Source of the DNA: Azolla caroliniana
Lineage: Eukaryota > Plantae > Polypodiophyta
Assembly: GCA_043228905.1 (NCBI GenBank)
Contig: JBHGNT010000016.1
Span: forward strand, 19,142,937 to 19,206,936
DNA: 64,000 nucleotides
Direction of reading: 5' to 3'
How positions within the stretch are numbered: position 1 is the stretch's first letter; each line of letters opens with the position of its first letter. Shown piece by piece: positions 1-13,400 of this stretch. Made by a program: the position numbers and the translations under genes. The notes under the pieces are model-generated. The model worked only from the letters and a program-made list of their open reading frames with translations, made no database searches and had not been told where the DNA came from.

Positions 1-614
1 AAGTGGAAGGATCACGTATTTCACTTGTAGATTCCTTTTGTAAATATCCAAATATACCCTCTCTACAAAAATTGGATGCACTAGTATCACATGTTCCACA
101 ACTTGACTAGAATTTGCAAAATTAATAAAACATGATAGGTCTTCGAGTGGAGAACATGTGAAATTCAGCTAAGTTTGGAATTGTTGATATGTTAATGCGA
201 TTATAATAAAGTAAAAAAATGGCTCAATATCACACTTTTGTGTGACATGGCAAACACTCAGATGAAGACTTATATTTGTTTGGTAAGTTAGCCAAAAAAT
301 ACGAGGTGTAATTGTATCCATGTTAATAAAATGAGTTATAATTTATAGTTTGACCCATACTCGTATGTATATAATTGTTCGCAATGAGATTATAGTGAAC
401 CTTAGGATAATGTGATTGAAATAACAAACTTATTAAGGCTTTCAATACTTGTGTTTAAAGTTGATGCAATCTAATCCTTAGGTGATTCTTATGGGATCGA
501 ACTCCGAAGGATAACGCTAGTTAAACTACAAGCGTATGAAACATGTGGATATTGATAAGAGGTGTACTCCAAGGTTGTGCAACTAATGGGACAGTGTGGC
601 ATTGACCATTATCA

Positions 615-1030
615 ACACACTACCCAATGTAAGCAGCAATGGAAGACAAACAAACATAATAGTTTGATAATTATGAACACACTACACATTCTAATCAGCA
701 ATAGAAGATAAAGAACCATAATATATAGACAATTATATATTAGACACAATTTGACAGTCTTCAACAATCGATCTCAATTAACACATGGAAAGTCGTGATG
801 ATCATTCAATGGGGATAATATGTTTAGGTAAAGTTTGACCTAGAAGATTGTCACTATCAATGAGTCATGTATCTTGATGTTAGAAATCAGCCTTAAGGTT
901 AACTCATTCATGTTTCTCTATATTAGAGACAACAAGAAATGCACGAAATTAGGCTTAAGGTTAAGTAAATCATTTTCTCCACATTAGAGTCAACAACATA
1001 TGCGTAAAATCAGGCTTAAGGTTAAGTAAA
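615..1030. repeat. Two sets of old ~61-63 bp tandem duplications in AT-rich DNA
   Basis: ACACACTAC...CAGCAAT.GAAGA twice (615-740); AGGCTTAAGGTTAAGTAAA two to three times (880-1030). Confidence 0.65.
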
Positions 1031-1239
1031 GTTCCCTTACACAATAATTGAATAACATTCATATATATTTTAATTTTCCGAAGTCATAAGTCAACAAACC
1101 AAGTATATAGGAATATAATTGAAACATATAGAAGAATGTAAACAATGGAGTACACCAATGGAAGGACTTAAAATTTGTATTAGAACTTGGAATTCATAAG
1201 TCTACACTTCATCAACAAAACATTCTATTACATAGTAAT

Positions 1240-1676
1240 TAAGTGGCTTTGTCAGGCAATCGGTGATGTTTACCTAGGTGTCGATCTTCCTGACTTTGAG
1301 CCTCTTCTTAGTTATAAGCTCCCAGATGTGATGATACCGTACCTCAATGTGGTTCGTCTTTGCATGATAGACGGGATTATTAATGAGGTGAATTGCGCTC
1401 TGTGAGTCACAATAGATGGTTAGCGCTAGTCGGTTGATTCGGCTTGTAGATGAGAAGATGGCAAACACCTTCGATGCTACTATGTACTCGGCCTCTGTGG
1501 TTGACAGGTCCGTGCACTCTTGAAGCTTCGACCTCCATGATATCACACTGCCACCATAGGTGAAAATATAGCCTGATGTTGACTTCCTATTGTCCGTATT
1601 TCCGGCATAGTCAGAGTCAGTGTAGCCTTCGACTTCGGTTGAGGTTGTCAAACCGAAAGTCAGTTGTGTATCTTCG
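1240..1676 (-). pseudogene. Ty1/copia RNase H fragment (old, truncated by the LTR at 1677)
   Basis: ORF 1274-1651 has GYTDSDYAG..RKSTSGY..SWRSKLQ..LSTTEAEY..IYCDSQSAI..HAKTNHIEVRYH; after a stop it continues to DCLTKPL near 1240. Confidence 0.9.
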
Positions 1677-2260
1677 TGTTGGGAAATATGTCCCTTAGGA
1701 TAGGAAGAGAAGGACCATGTTGGTGAGTATCTCAGCCAAGGCCGAAACCGAAACCGAAACCGTAATCGGAAACCGAAATTGAAATCGTAATCGAAAACTG
1801 AAATCGTTTCGGAAGACTATAATTGTAAATAGTCTAAAAAGCCCTTGTGGGTTATACTTGTAAATAGCCAAAAAATTGCTTTTGTTTATAAGCAACTAGG
1901 GCAAACTTTAGTAAGCTGATGTAGTTGATCATTTATTGAAAAGATAGAACGAGGTAGTTGCCTCTGTAACCGTGGGCTAGAGAGTGAGAGTGTAACTCTG
2001 TAGCTGTCTGTCAGACGAAGGAGAACTCGAGGTCGTTGCCTCTGAGTTCCGTATTTGTACTTCCTCTCTAATATAGTGATATGTTTTCTTGGGGTTTGTG
2101 GACCCCCTGTGGTTTTTCCCATTTTGGGTTTTCCACGTAAAACATTGGTGTCTCTGTGTCTGCACATTTTTTATGTCTATGTACTACGTCTTGATTTCTG
2201 CACACGAACACGAACACAAACATGAACGTGTAATCGGTTGTGGTCAGTCGATTTCTAACA
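1677..2260 (+). repeat. 5' LTR of copia A (contains a CCGAAA-type hexamer run at 1741-1806)
   Basis: TGTTGGG...CTAACA ends, followed by AAG and the PBS. Confidence 0.85.
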
Positions 2261-2263
2261 AAG

Positions 2264-2275
2264 TGGTATTAGAGC
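2264..2275 (+). promoter_or_regulatory. Primer binding site, tRNA-Met(i)
   Basis: TGGTATTAGAGC, one mismatch to TGGTATCAGAGC. Confidence 0.85.
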
Positions 2276-2277
2276 GA

Positions 2278-5200
2278 TGGAAGACTCGTTCGGCGGCATG
2301 TTTAAGCTAACCGAATCCAACTAATCAATGTGGAAGTCGAAGATGAGAGACATGCTCATGTGCAAAGACGTATGGCTGCCAGTGCAGTTCGGAGATAAAA
2401 GACCAGACAAGATCGATGCAATGACATGGGAAGTGTTGCATCTGAAGGAGACCGCATATATAAGGTGTTTTATAGACATGAGTCTATACAACAACTTCGG
2501 CGAAGAAATAGAAGCAGACGTGCTATGGAAGAAGATTAGCGTCATGTTTGAAAACAAGAACGCAGTGAACCGAGTCTCAGTATTTCGAAAAATCGTGAGG
2601 CTCTGGTATCAAGATGGCTCTAGTATGGTGGAGCACATCAATGCCTTCCAAGGATTGATGAAACAAACCACCTCTAGCCGATGAGGTATTAGCATTATTG
2701 TTGTTGGGATTCCTTTCGGACAGTTGGGAGACGCTCGTTGTCACGTTGGGCAACTCCGAACCGGAAGTGAAGCATCTATCCCTAGAGCAGGTGAAGTCGA
2801 GCTTGTTGAATGAAGAGGCTCGCCAGAAGGATCGTGAGTCCAATACCGACGAGAAGGCCTTAATCACGGAAGGTGACACGATTTGGGGAACAGGTCGAAA
2901 TTGAAGTTCCTAGAACCGAGATAAGTCGGGGACCAGGTCGAAGTCGAGGGGGAGACCCACGTGCTTCTATTGTGGGAAGTTAGGGCACTTCCAGAAAACC
3001 TGCCAACACTTTCGAAAGGAGAAAGGGGGAGCTGATGGTGTAGAGGCGAAGAAAATCCGAGACAGAAAGAACACCTCAGCAATTGCTACGAGTGAGGAGG
3101 AGTTGTTGCTCATCAATGAGCAAGACGAAGTGAATCTCATCGGCGAAGAATTGACATGGGTGTTTGATTTGGGTGCGTCATTCCACCTTACCCCTGACCG
3201 AAAGTGCTTCTCATCATACAGAGCCGAAGATCTCGGATCCGTAAAGATGGGAAATGAAGGAGCATGCCGAATCGTTGGCATTGGAGATGTGTGTTTGGAA
3301 ACCTCAACCGGGTGTAGACTCGTGTTGAGAGATGTACAACACGTTCTAGAGGTTTGATTGAACCTAATATCAGCCGATCGACTAGATGATGAAGGCTACA
3401 CGGGTAGCATCCGAAATGGTGTCATGAAGTTCTGCCGAGGAAGCCCGATCATGGCTCGAGCCCGGAAAAACCAACACACTATACATAATGAATGCTCAAA
3501 TATGTCGAGGGGAAGCAAATGTGGCAGCTCGCACGGTTGGTGAACTGTGGCACAAGAGGTTGTGCCATATGAGCCAGAAGGGGATGCGAAAGCTTGCCGA
3601 TGATAACCTCGTTCCTGAGGTGAAGAACGTGCAACTTGAGAAGTGCACAGATTGCTTGGCCGGTAAGCAGAACCGAACATCCTTCCAAACGAGGCCCCCG
3701 ATGAGGAAGAAAATGCCGTTGGAATTCGTGCATATGGATGTATGCTATGTGGACACGAAGTCGCATGGTGGTTTGTAGTATTTTGTGACATTCATTGATG
3801 ACTGTAGCCAGAAGTTGTGGGCTTCCGTCTTGAAGACGAAGGATCAAGTGTTATCCGTCTTCAAAGAGTTCCAAGCGAGGGCCGAGAGAGAAACCGACCG
3901 AAAACTAAAGGCAGTCTGAGCGGATAATGCCAGAGAGTATCGTGGACCGTTCGAGGAATACTACTGAAATCAAGGAATCCAGCTTGAAGATACCGTGCCA
4001 AAGGCTCCAGAGCTTAATGGGCTGGCCGAGAGAATGAACCAGACTGTAATGGAAAGGGTCCGAAGTATGCTTGCACATGCTAAGTTACCGAAGACGTTCT
4101 GGGTTGAGACGCTGATGAGGTAGTGTACGTGATAAACCGATCACCCTTAGTACCCTTGGACGGTGATATTCCACAAAGGGTGTGGAGTGGCAAAGACACA
4201 TCGTACCGACATTTGAGGGTGTTCGGCTGTCTTGCTTATGTGCATGTGGCAAAGGACTAGAGGGGGAAGTTGGACCTGAAATCTCGGCCATGCATATTTC
4301 TCGGCTACGACAATGATGAATTTGGCTATCGACTATAGGACTTAGCCAAGAAGAAAGTGATTAGGAGCCGCGACATTGTCTTCATGGAGGAAAAGACAAT
4401 AGTTGACTGGGAGATTGAGAATAAGTCTCCAAATACCGAATCGAGTAGAAGCTGATTTGATCGAAATCAAATCCGAGCTAGTCGGCCGAGTTAATACTCA
4501 GCAAAATCGAGAACCGATCGAAGAACGAGGGGAATTGGTCAAACAAGGAACCAAATTCGACTCGTCCGAAGAAGTCGAAGAAGAACTGACTGTACCAAAA
4601 ATTTGAATCCTTCATGACCGACGACAGATACCACAAAACGCAAGCTGGTCACTGCGTATTTGTGAAGAAATTCGATGGAGGAGATTTCCTCATCCTTCTG
4701 TTGTACATGGACAACATGTGAAGATCTGAGTGCTGAAAAAGTCTTTGAGCACATCGTTCTCAATGAAGGATATGGGTTTGGCAAAGCAAATCCTGGGGAT
4801 GCACATTGTTCGGGATCGAACAAAGAAACTATTGTGGCTGTCACAAGAAAAATACGTGACAAAGGTGCTCTAGAGATTCAACATGGAAAGCGCGAAACCG
4901 GTCGGCTCGACACTGCCGACGAATTGCAAGCTAAAGAAAGAACAATGTCCGAAATCGAAAACCAAGAAGGCCGAGATGTCAAATGTTCCTTATGCCTCGG
5001 TAGTCGGAAGCCTGATGTACGCGATGGTATGTACCAGGCCGGACATAGGATACGCAGTTGGTGTGGTTAGCCGATACATGAACAACCCCGGAAGAGAGCA
5101 TTGGGCTGTCGTGAAGTGGATACTTCAGTACCTAAAATGGACCTCGAACGTGTGTCTTCGTTTCAGTTCAGGTAACCCCACACTGGAAGGTTATACTGAC

Positions 5201-5610
5201 TCAGACATGTTGGCTGATGTGGATACCAACCGAACCACGTCCGGGTACGTAATGACTTATGCAGGGGAAGCCGTTTCGTGGTAGTCGAGGCTGTAGAAGG
5301 CCATGGCGCTGTCAACCACGGAAGCCGAATATATGGCCGCAACGGAAGTCGGCAAGGAAATCATATAGATGGAGTTTATCGGTGAACTGGGAATTCGGCA
5401 GGAGGAATTCGAACTCCAGTGCGATACCCAGAGTGCCATCCACCTTGTGAAAAATGCTGCCTACCACTCGAGGACCAAACACATCTAGAGAAGATATCAT
5501 TGGCTTTGAGAATGAGTAGAAGAAAAGGAGTTTGCTGTAGTGAAGATCCACACGGTTGAAAATGGATCAGATATGTTGACAAATGTGTTGTTAGCCTAAA
5601 AGCTAAACAC
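2278..5610 (+). pseudogene. gag-pol: copia gag-pol pseudogene
   Basis: WKSKMRDML gag, CFYCGKLGHFQKTC zinc knuckle, WVFDLGASFH protease, LWHKRLCH/CTDC integrase zinc finger, VPYASVVGSLMYAMVCTRPDI RT, GYTDSD RNase H. Confidence 0.9.
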
Positions 5611-5612
5611 GT

Positions 5613-6340
5613 TGTCGTGAAGAAAACCGGCCTTAAGAAGAATTGATGAATAAGACGCATGAACCAACCCTTACGCGCGGGCACAAGATTGATAAGATGT
5701 ACATAATTAGGAATAGGCCGGCTGATGTAAATATACTAGGTAGTAAAAATTTATTAGCTAGGAAATCAATGCGTATCTCTGTCTGAAGGGACAAAGAATA
5801 AAGATGATGTATTCAGGTTGTGACGGCCCTCCCCGACGGCCTATAAAAGAAAGGGGAAAATGACTAAAACATCTATCGCGTTTTGGGAGGACGAAGTGCT
5901 GTCAGACTGGGAATCGAGCACTCTTCTCATTTTTTTTCGTGGAGCTCTGCAGGTTTTGGTCGGTTGCCTCTACTCGAGGGAGAAGCCCGTCTGCTTCGGT
6001 AGAGGCTCCATTGTGTGCTATGTGTGTGAGTGTTTGCGCATGGTCGCTCACCGGCTTGCCAGTTGTAATCTCGAAGAGCATTGTATTTGCCTAGTTGTCT
6101 TAATTGATTCCTTGTTTGTGAGTCCTCTGCGTATTTGTGTGTGTGTCTCGGCCCATTGTTGGCACGAAATCAGACGAGAGTGTGTTACTCTTCATTCTTC
6201 GTACGCTACCGCGGTAGTCGTCGAGCTAGCAAGCACGAGTTGAGGATCGTTCACTTGGTGAGCACTGCGTACCTACTTGCCGGTGTCACGAAAATAGGAC
6301 GAGGATACGTGAACTTGAGGCAAGACCCCGGGGCCTCCGA
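5613..6340 (+). mobile_element. Truncated gypsy LTR related to the LTRs at 43423-44067 and 48936-49582
   Basis: Starts TGTCGTGAAGAAAACCG like the reverse complement of 49582 leftward; shares CATGAACCA.CCCTT and CAAGACCCCGG blocks; 3' end lost. Confidence 0.7.
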
Positions 6341-6497
6341 CCAGAGGATATCACATTCATGCGTTTATACTTTTAACAATTAATAGAAAGGAGAAAATCT
6401 AGTAATTTTTCATTAGCAAAGGAAAAGAAATTACAATATGTCCCAAGATTGGGATTGAAAAGTTTTAGGTTTACTAAGATTAATAAAAAAGAAAATT

Positions 6498-6645
6498 TAG
6501 GGGTTTTGAGAGATATGGTTTCCGTAGGGAAAAGTAGGGTTTATGAGTCTTATGGCTTCCGTAGGGAAAATTAGAATTAGGTCATACGAGAGATAGCTTC
6601 CGTAAGGAAATTAGGGTTTTTGAGTGTTATGGCTCCGTAAGATAA
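6498..6645. repeat. ~38-bp tandem repeat, about 4 copies
   Basis: TAGGGTTT(T)TGAG...TATGGCTTCCGTA(G/A)GGAAA repeated. Confidence 0.75.
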
Positions 6646-6760
6646 GGGAGCCGAGAAGGAAAAAAAAAAAAAAATGGAGAACGGCCCGAGTGTAGGAAAA
6701 AAATGGAATTTATATGGGTTTCTTTGTTGATCCCTCCTTTCATGTTCCTTTCCCTCCCCC

Positions 6761-6885
6761 ACTTTTAGTTGCATGGCCTCCATTTTTAGTTGCTTCCTCT
6801 TTACTTTTAGTTGCATGCCCTCCTTTTTTAGTTGCTTCACCTTTACTTTTAATTGCATGGCCTCTACCTTTAGTTGCATGCCTTC
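6761..6885. repeat. 21-bp minisatellite, about 6 copies
   Basis: TTTTAGTTGC(A/T)T... recurs every 21 bp. Confidence 0.85.
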
Positions 6886-7010
6886 ACATCGCCTTTACTT
6901 TACTTTACTTTAATTCGCCGCATGATCCTATCATCCATCCATCTCGACCATCGCCGATCCGATCCGTCCGGTCAACGTTCGGTTTCCGTTCCGTCGCCGT
7001 TCGGTTGCGG

Positions 7011-8433
7011 ATTGTAGAGCTAGGAATGCAAGTACGATTTAATCAAGGCGGTTGCTTCATCGAAAAAGAGGGCCGACTCATCGCTTGCGGACGAAGAGAG
7101 GGCCAAATGTTCATTCTCGACTCACACGAGATGAAATTGGCCATGTTCGGAAAGGGAATGAAAGCCGATTCCGACATAGAGTTATGGCACAAGCGGATTG
7201 GCCATATAAACCTCCAAAAGCTCAAGGCAATGCAAGCGAAAGGAGTCATCATCGGGCTCCCGACATTCACGGAGAAAGAGATTGAAGGCGTGTGTGCCGC
7301 TTGCCAATTCGGCAACCAACATCGGCACCTATTTCCGAAGGAGCGGAACATGAGCAAAGGCGTACTCGACGTAATTCATTCCGATGTATGGGGTCTGGCT
7401 TAGACGACTACATTCGGCGGATGCGGATACTACATGGCCTTCATCGACGACTTCTCCAGGCACACTTGGATCTACCCCATGCTACAAAAGAGCGAAGTGT
7501 TCAGACACTTCCAAAAATTTAAGAATGAAGTCGAGAAAGCCACGGGCCGACATGTACGATGTCTTCGGTCGGATGGAGGCAAGCAGTACTTCTCTAACAA
7601 ATTTTCGGCGTTTCCACGGAAAGAAGGAATACGGCGAGAGTTTTCGTGTCGACATACGCCACAACAAAACGGAGTGGCCGAACGCAAGAATCGGCACATC
7701 CTCGAAGTGGCATGGGCTATGCTTAACGAAAAGCACATGCCGAAATCATATTGGGCGAAAGCAGCTAACACGACCATCTATCTCATGAATTGGTGTACGA
7801 CATCGGGTGTGAACGAACTTACTCCGCACGAGAAATTCTTCGGAAAGAAGCCCGACCTATCGCATGTTCAGATATTCGGCTCCATTGCGTACATGCACAT
7901 CCCGATGAGAAGCATCAAAAGCTCGACCCGAAGTCGGAGAAATGTATCCTTGTAGGATACTCACTGGAGCAAAAGGGGTACAAGTGCTACAACCCCTCAA
8001 CTCGAAAATCTTGAGTAAGTCGAGACGTCGTTTCCGATGAGTCCGCATCCTGGTACGCACAAAAGACAACTTCGACCTCGATTCCACTTGACCCGGATTC
8101 CGCCGAAATAGAGATAGAAGCCGAAGATCGACTTACGTGCATGTTTGAAGAAAGTCCGATCACGAGCCGACTGAGCGGACCACAAGAGCCCCCGAGCGAT
8201 CAAAGCACATCTCGGCCAAGTCCGAAGATGGACAAAGGGAAGACCAAAATGCCGGAGTATGAAGACGATCACTTCGCTAACAACGAATTGACTCACTCCT
8301 TCGATAGTGAGTTTGAAGGCCTTGAGATCCGGACAAATGGAGCGGAGAACGCCGTAGTATCCGCAAACGATCCACCCGTTAAAAGAACCCCGTTAGCCGA
8401 TTCGGCTACAACGATTATATGGCGTACCATTAT
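7011..8433 (+). pseudogene. Bryco-like copia protease end and integrase fragment (inverted part of element C)
   Basis: [52 protein letters not shown]; homologous to 16305-17737 on the opposite strand. Confidence 0.9.
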
Positions 8434-9796
8434 GATAGTTGGTACATGCGGCCGATCCTAGATCCGTGTCGGCCTTTCCTTGCAAGTTCCTGGCACCGCT
8501 TTGACTCCCCTTGCTTGTGGAGGGTCCAGAACTGCTATTAGCACAACCTCTGTGCCTCTGGTCCTGCTCTTGTCGGCCGCCTCCATTGCGTGCCGACCCA
8601 CCTCGTCCACCTCGTCCACCACGTCCATGGGGCCGATATGTCTCCGTGTATAGCATCTGACCGTCCGATTGAGTGGTCCTTGACCCACTCACGTGGTTTT
8701 CTTCGACCATCAACATCGATTGTGAAGTCAAAGAAGGTCGGTGGTTTTTCTCGGGTGCAGATCGCTGTCCGGATTGGCCTGTACCTTTGCGCTAGACCAC
8801 CGAGGCAGATTTGTACCATCTCGTCTTCGTCCACCATCACGTTGATGGACTCGAGTGCATCGCAAATCTCCTTTATCTTGGTGGTGTAATCCGTAACCGA
8901 CATGTCTCTTTGCTGGATGTTGTTCAGCTCTTGCCAGAGCTGCAATTTACGGGCTGTGGTACTCGCGGCGAAAATCTTCCTCAGATTTCCCTACGTCTCC
9001 TTTGGCATCTTTGCATCCTTGATGTAGCCGAGCATTTGATCATGCACACAGGACGCAAGGCAATACAATACTCGGCTCGCTCCCTGCTCCCATATTGGGA
9101 AGTCTTTGTGTGACGGCTCTGGTGCGACTTCCTTTGTTCCTTCCATGAAGCTCCAATATCCATGCCCCAGCAGGTACTTGTGCATTTTATATGACCAGGA
9201 TGCGTAGTTGCTCCGATCGAGATTCTCTGTTGGAAGTGAACTTGTCATTCCTCTATCCATATCTTCTCTATGTCTGTTGTTGCCGGGTTCTAGGGTTCGT
9301 CAATGAAAGCAAGCGTCGGCTGCAGAGGTTCTCAACCCTCGCGCTCTGATACTATGTGAATGTTAATGTGCAGAAGCGTCAGACAGAACCGGCTCAGCCG
9401 GATAGCAACAAAAAATGAGATGAAGGTTTAATGGAAAAGCTCAAAACACAGAGGAGACAAAGAGAGCAGAACATAGACTATATTCAAAAAATTAACTCTA
9501 AAACTCTGTACATACAACATGCTAAACAACACTATTTATACAAGTCCATAAAGGACTGACAAAAGTATGGTATACTTCAATGATCACATGAGCTTCTGAC
9601 ACTAACTACGAGACATTAACTACCTAGTGGTCGAGGCTACTACTAGGCTTCTGGTTACTGCTGGATCCGGCTAACCGACACCCCAGCTCACCGGCTCACT
9701 TGCTCACTGGCTCATGATCCAGCTCATCCTTCTAGATGCCAATTCGGCTCTAGCTTATTCAGCCGATCCAGATCCGGTTGAGCTCGCTGCTCAACA
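8434..9796 (-). mobile_element. Bryco-like copia element C: 5' LTR 9355-9796, PBS 9343-9354, gag pseudogene 8450-9260
   Basis: LTR TGTTGAG...TTCACA on the minus strand, PBS TAGTATCAGAGC, gag LDRSNYASWSYKMH and QELNNIQQRDM. Confidence 0.88.
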
Positions 9797-9869
9797 GCTC
9801 TCAACACATAGATGAAAACTAATGTTTCTCAATTTGCTTATATAGATGGATCCTAAAGTTTCCTATCTA

Positions 9870-10409
9870 TGTGGCCGGAATCCAAATTACTTCGATGCCA
9901 AGGAAGTAACGGAGCTCCTTCATGTCCGTCATCTCGAATTTTCCGGAGAGGAGGGACTTGACCTTGTTGATGTCGACTAGAATTTCACCTCCAATGACCA
10001 TATCATCCACGTATAGGATGATGACAATTAGGCTTCTAAAGTCGTGTCGTACGTAGAGGGAGTTGTTAGATTTCGACATTCGAAAGCTGATTTGATGAAG
10101 ATAGTGCGTAATCTTCGAATGCCAAGCACGCGGTGCTTGCTTAAGGCCATAGAGTGGCTTCTTGAGTCGGCACATGGCTTTCAGATGAATGCGCGTTTCG
10201 AAGCCGGGAGGTTGTACCATGTACACCTCCTCTTCTAATTCTCCTTGGAGGAAAGTGTTCTTGAAGTCCATCTGGTGAAGGTGCCACCCTTTTGCCGTAG
10301 CAAGTGCAATCACGGTCCGCACCGTCGTCATCTTTGCCACCGGGGCAAAGGTTTTTTCATAGTCAACTCCATGTGTTTGTGCGTATCCTTTCGCTACGAG
10401 TCGAACTTT
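9870..10409 (-). pseudogene. RT fragment of Bryco-like element D (3'-truncated)
   Basis: [36 protein letters not shown]; joins 16088 across element E. Confidence 0.92.
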
Positions 10410-13400
10410 TGTTGAGAGACAAGCTCAACATCGGCCGGATCGGCTAAAGAAGTCGCGGACTGAATCGGTTGAGACCGATCGGTTAGGCCAAATGCGTAAA
10501 CCGGTACGCAAACCGGTGTGTAGGTAGGGACGGATCGGTGCGTAAACCGGGAGGCCGCTAGGAAAGATATTCCGTGAGGAATATATTTGGGAGTTAGTGT
10601 AGGAGCTCTTAATGGGCATTGAAGTACTGTCAGTACTTCGGTCAGTCCTTCTAGGATTTGTATAAAAGTGTTCATTGAACACACATATGTATAGAGTGTG
10701 GTGAATAGAGATTGAGTATTTTTTTGAATATACTTATTGTGTTTTCCTCTCTCACTCTCTCTGTCTCTCCCATGTATACTGCGTGAGCTCAAGCTCTCCA
10801 TTAAACCTAAGTTTTCTTCCTTCTGTTCGGTCATCATACTTGCTTCCGCACGTTACTTTTTACATGGTATCAGAGCACGAGGGTTGAGAACCTCTCTGCA
10901 GCCGACACAACTTGGCGAAGAAGAACAAGAAGAACGATGGATAGAGGCATGGCGAGCTCGCTTCCAACAAAGAAGCTCGACAGAACCAACTACGCATCTT
11001 GGTCCTACAAGATGCACCAGTACCTGCTTGGGCACGGCTACTGGAGTTATGTCAAAGGAGCTAATGACGCGGCACCCAAATCGACACACAGAGACTTCCC
11101 GTCGTGGGAGCAATCGGCGAGCAGGGTATTATACTGCTTTGCGTCGTGTGTGGGCCAACAACTATTGAGCTATGTTCGGGATGCAAAGACGCCGAAGGGT
11201 GCGCGGGAAAATCTGAAGAAGATTTTCGCCGCGAGCACCACAGCCAGGAAGCTTCAGCTCCGACAGGAGTTGAGCAACCTACGACAACGCGACTTGTCGG
11301 TGGCGGACTATACCTCGAAGATCAAGGATATCTGTGACTCCCTCGCCTCCATAGAGGTGAACATCGAGGAGAGCGAGATGGTCCAGATCTGTCTCGGAGG
11401 TTTGGCGTCGAAGTTCGGAGCGTTCCGAACGGCTGTGTGTACCCGGGAGAATACGCCGTCCTTTTTCGACTTACAGTCAATGCTCCTGGTAGAGGAGAAC
11501 CACGCGGGTGCGTATACAAGCATGCACACCGACAACAGAATGTTGTACACGAAGGGAGATAGGCACCATGGATGTGGAGGACGATGCGAGTCGGCGCGCA
11601 ATGGAGGCGGCCGACGAGATCAAGGAAGAAGGCACCGAAGTGATGCCGACAGCAACTCTGGACCCTCTGGAAACAGGGGGAGTTGAAGCGATGAGAACCG
11701 GCAAGGGAAGGTCATCGCGGAGTGCTGGTACTGTGGCAAGAAAGGCCACAAGGAAAGTGAGTGCTGGAAGAAGCGCGCTAATTTGGACAGAACCGGTTCC
11801 GGAAACGGGTTCGGACATACCGACAAGGGAAATTGGCAGCGATCGCACTACGCCGAAGACTCCGGGAGAGCCGGAGAAGGGTTTGCCTTTGTGACGAGAC
11901 ATGAAGCAAACTCAATGAAACGAACCACCCCGAGATCGAACGAGGTGTGGTACGTAGACTCTAGCGCGTCAAACCACATGACGAGCCATAAGGAGTGGTT
12001 CTCATACCTTGAAAAACCGATACAACCTGGAGTAGTCGCAACTGGAGACGACACTCCGCATCCAATCGCAAATGTCGGAGAAGTTCCCCTTAGCCATGTC
12101 GGGCAGAAAGGGAAACTCAAGAACGTGCTGCACGTTCTGACAATCACGAAGAACTTGGTCTCGGTCGGACAGATCGTCGACCAAGGGATGGAGGTTCGGT
12201 TTACACACCTCGGGTGCTTCATTGAGGAAGAAGGCCGTGTGATTGCGCAAGGGCGCAGAGACGGGAGGATGTTCATCCTCGATTCCACTGACGGCGGCAC
12301 CGCAATGTTCGCGAAGGGACAAAAATATGAGTCGGACATCGACTTGTGGCACAAGCGGATAGGCCACATCAACTACCAACGGCTTCAAGATCTGCAATCG
12401 AAACAGGTAGTGTTCGGATTGCCCAAATTTAGTGGCCGAAAGGCACAAATTTGTGAAGCCTGCTAGCTCGGGAAGCAACACCGACTTCCTTTCCCCAACG
12501 AGCAAAACCGGAGTTGGAACAAGCTCGACCTTATACACTTTGATGTATGGGGGCCGGCACAAAACGTTAGTCTTGGCGGGAGCCGATATTTCGTCTCCTT
12601 CATCGACAACCACACGCAGCACACATGGATCTACCTCATTGAGAGGAAGAGTGAAGTCTTTGACTGTTTCCGGGACCTCAAAGGGTTCGTGGAAACGCAA
12701 ACGGGACGAAAGATCAAGTGCCTGTGGTCGGATGGCGGGAAAGAGTACTTTTCTGGTCAATTCAACGGATATCTACAACAAATGGGAATTCGGCGTGAAT
12801 TCAGTTGTAGATACACACCGGAGCAGAACGGCGTGGCCGAGAGGAAGAATCGGTAAGTTGTGGAAGCGGCACGAGCAATGCTGGAGGAGAAGAGCTTGCC
12901 CAAGTTCTACTGGGCCGAAGCGGTAAGGACCGCGGTATACATCCAGAACCGGATCGGAGACAAAGTGTCAGCGCACGAGCTATATTTCGGAACAAAGCCG
13001 AACTTGCGACACTTGAGGGTGTTCGGTAGCATTGCGTATGTGCATGTACCGAAGGAGAAAAGGAGGGAGCTGGACGCAAAGGCCGAGAAATGCATCTTGG
13101 TTGGTTACTCGGACGAGCAGAAGGGTTATAAGTGCTATAACCCTCGCACCAAACAAGCGCGTGTTAGCCGCAACGTTGTGTTTGACGAGTCCGCGTCCTG
13201 GTACCAGCCCCCGACTCCGAACCCCGACTGCAATCCGAGCCCTGATGATGAGGTCAGCGAGGCCGAGATGCCTCCGGATGAGTCCGATTTCACTCCGTTT
13301 AAGTGGACCGATTGGACGACGGAGTCGGTACGACCAATCCGATGAAGAGCTGGTGAGTAGTGGAGACTCGACCGTGCATTCCCCGCGCAGGAAGCCGAGG

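Larger units (their letters stand above)
1677..5612 (+). mobile_element. Ty1/copia element A (Tork/Tnt1-like), degenerate, 3' LTR missing
   Basis: 5' LTR, PBS and a gag-PR-IN-RT-RH order with stops and frameshifts; N-terminal RT deleted at ~4590; cut at 5613 by a gypsy LTR. Confidence 0.9.

Noticed and set aside
1-600. Host gene exons
   Set aside because: Only short stop-containing frames and one GTAAG donor; no recognisable protein motif.
6577-6879. MQLKV heptad-repeat protein
   Set aside because: It is the translation of a 21-bp minisatellite with no other sign of coding.
6714-7403. 229-aa ORF with a hydrophobic N-terminus fused to integrase
   Set aside because: Chance read-through of the minisatellite into the copia fragment starting at 7011.
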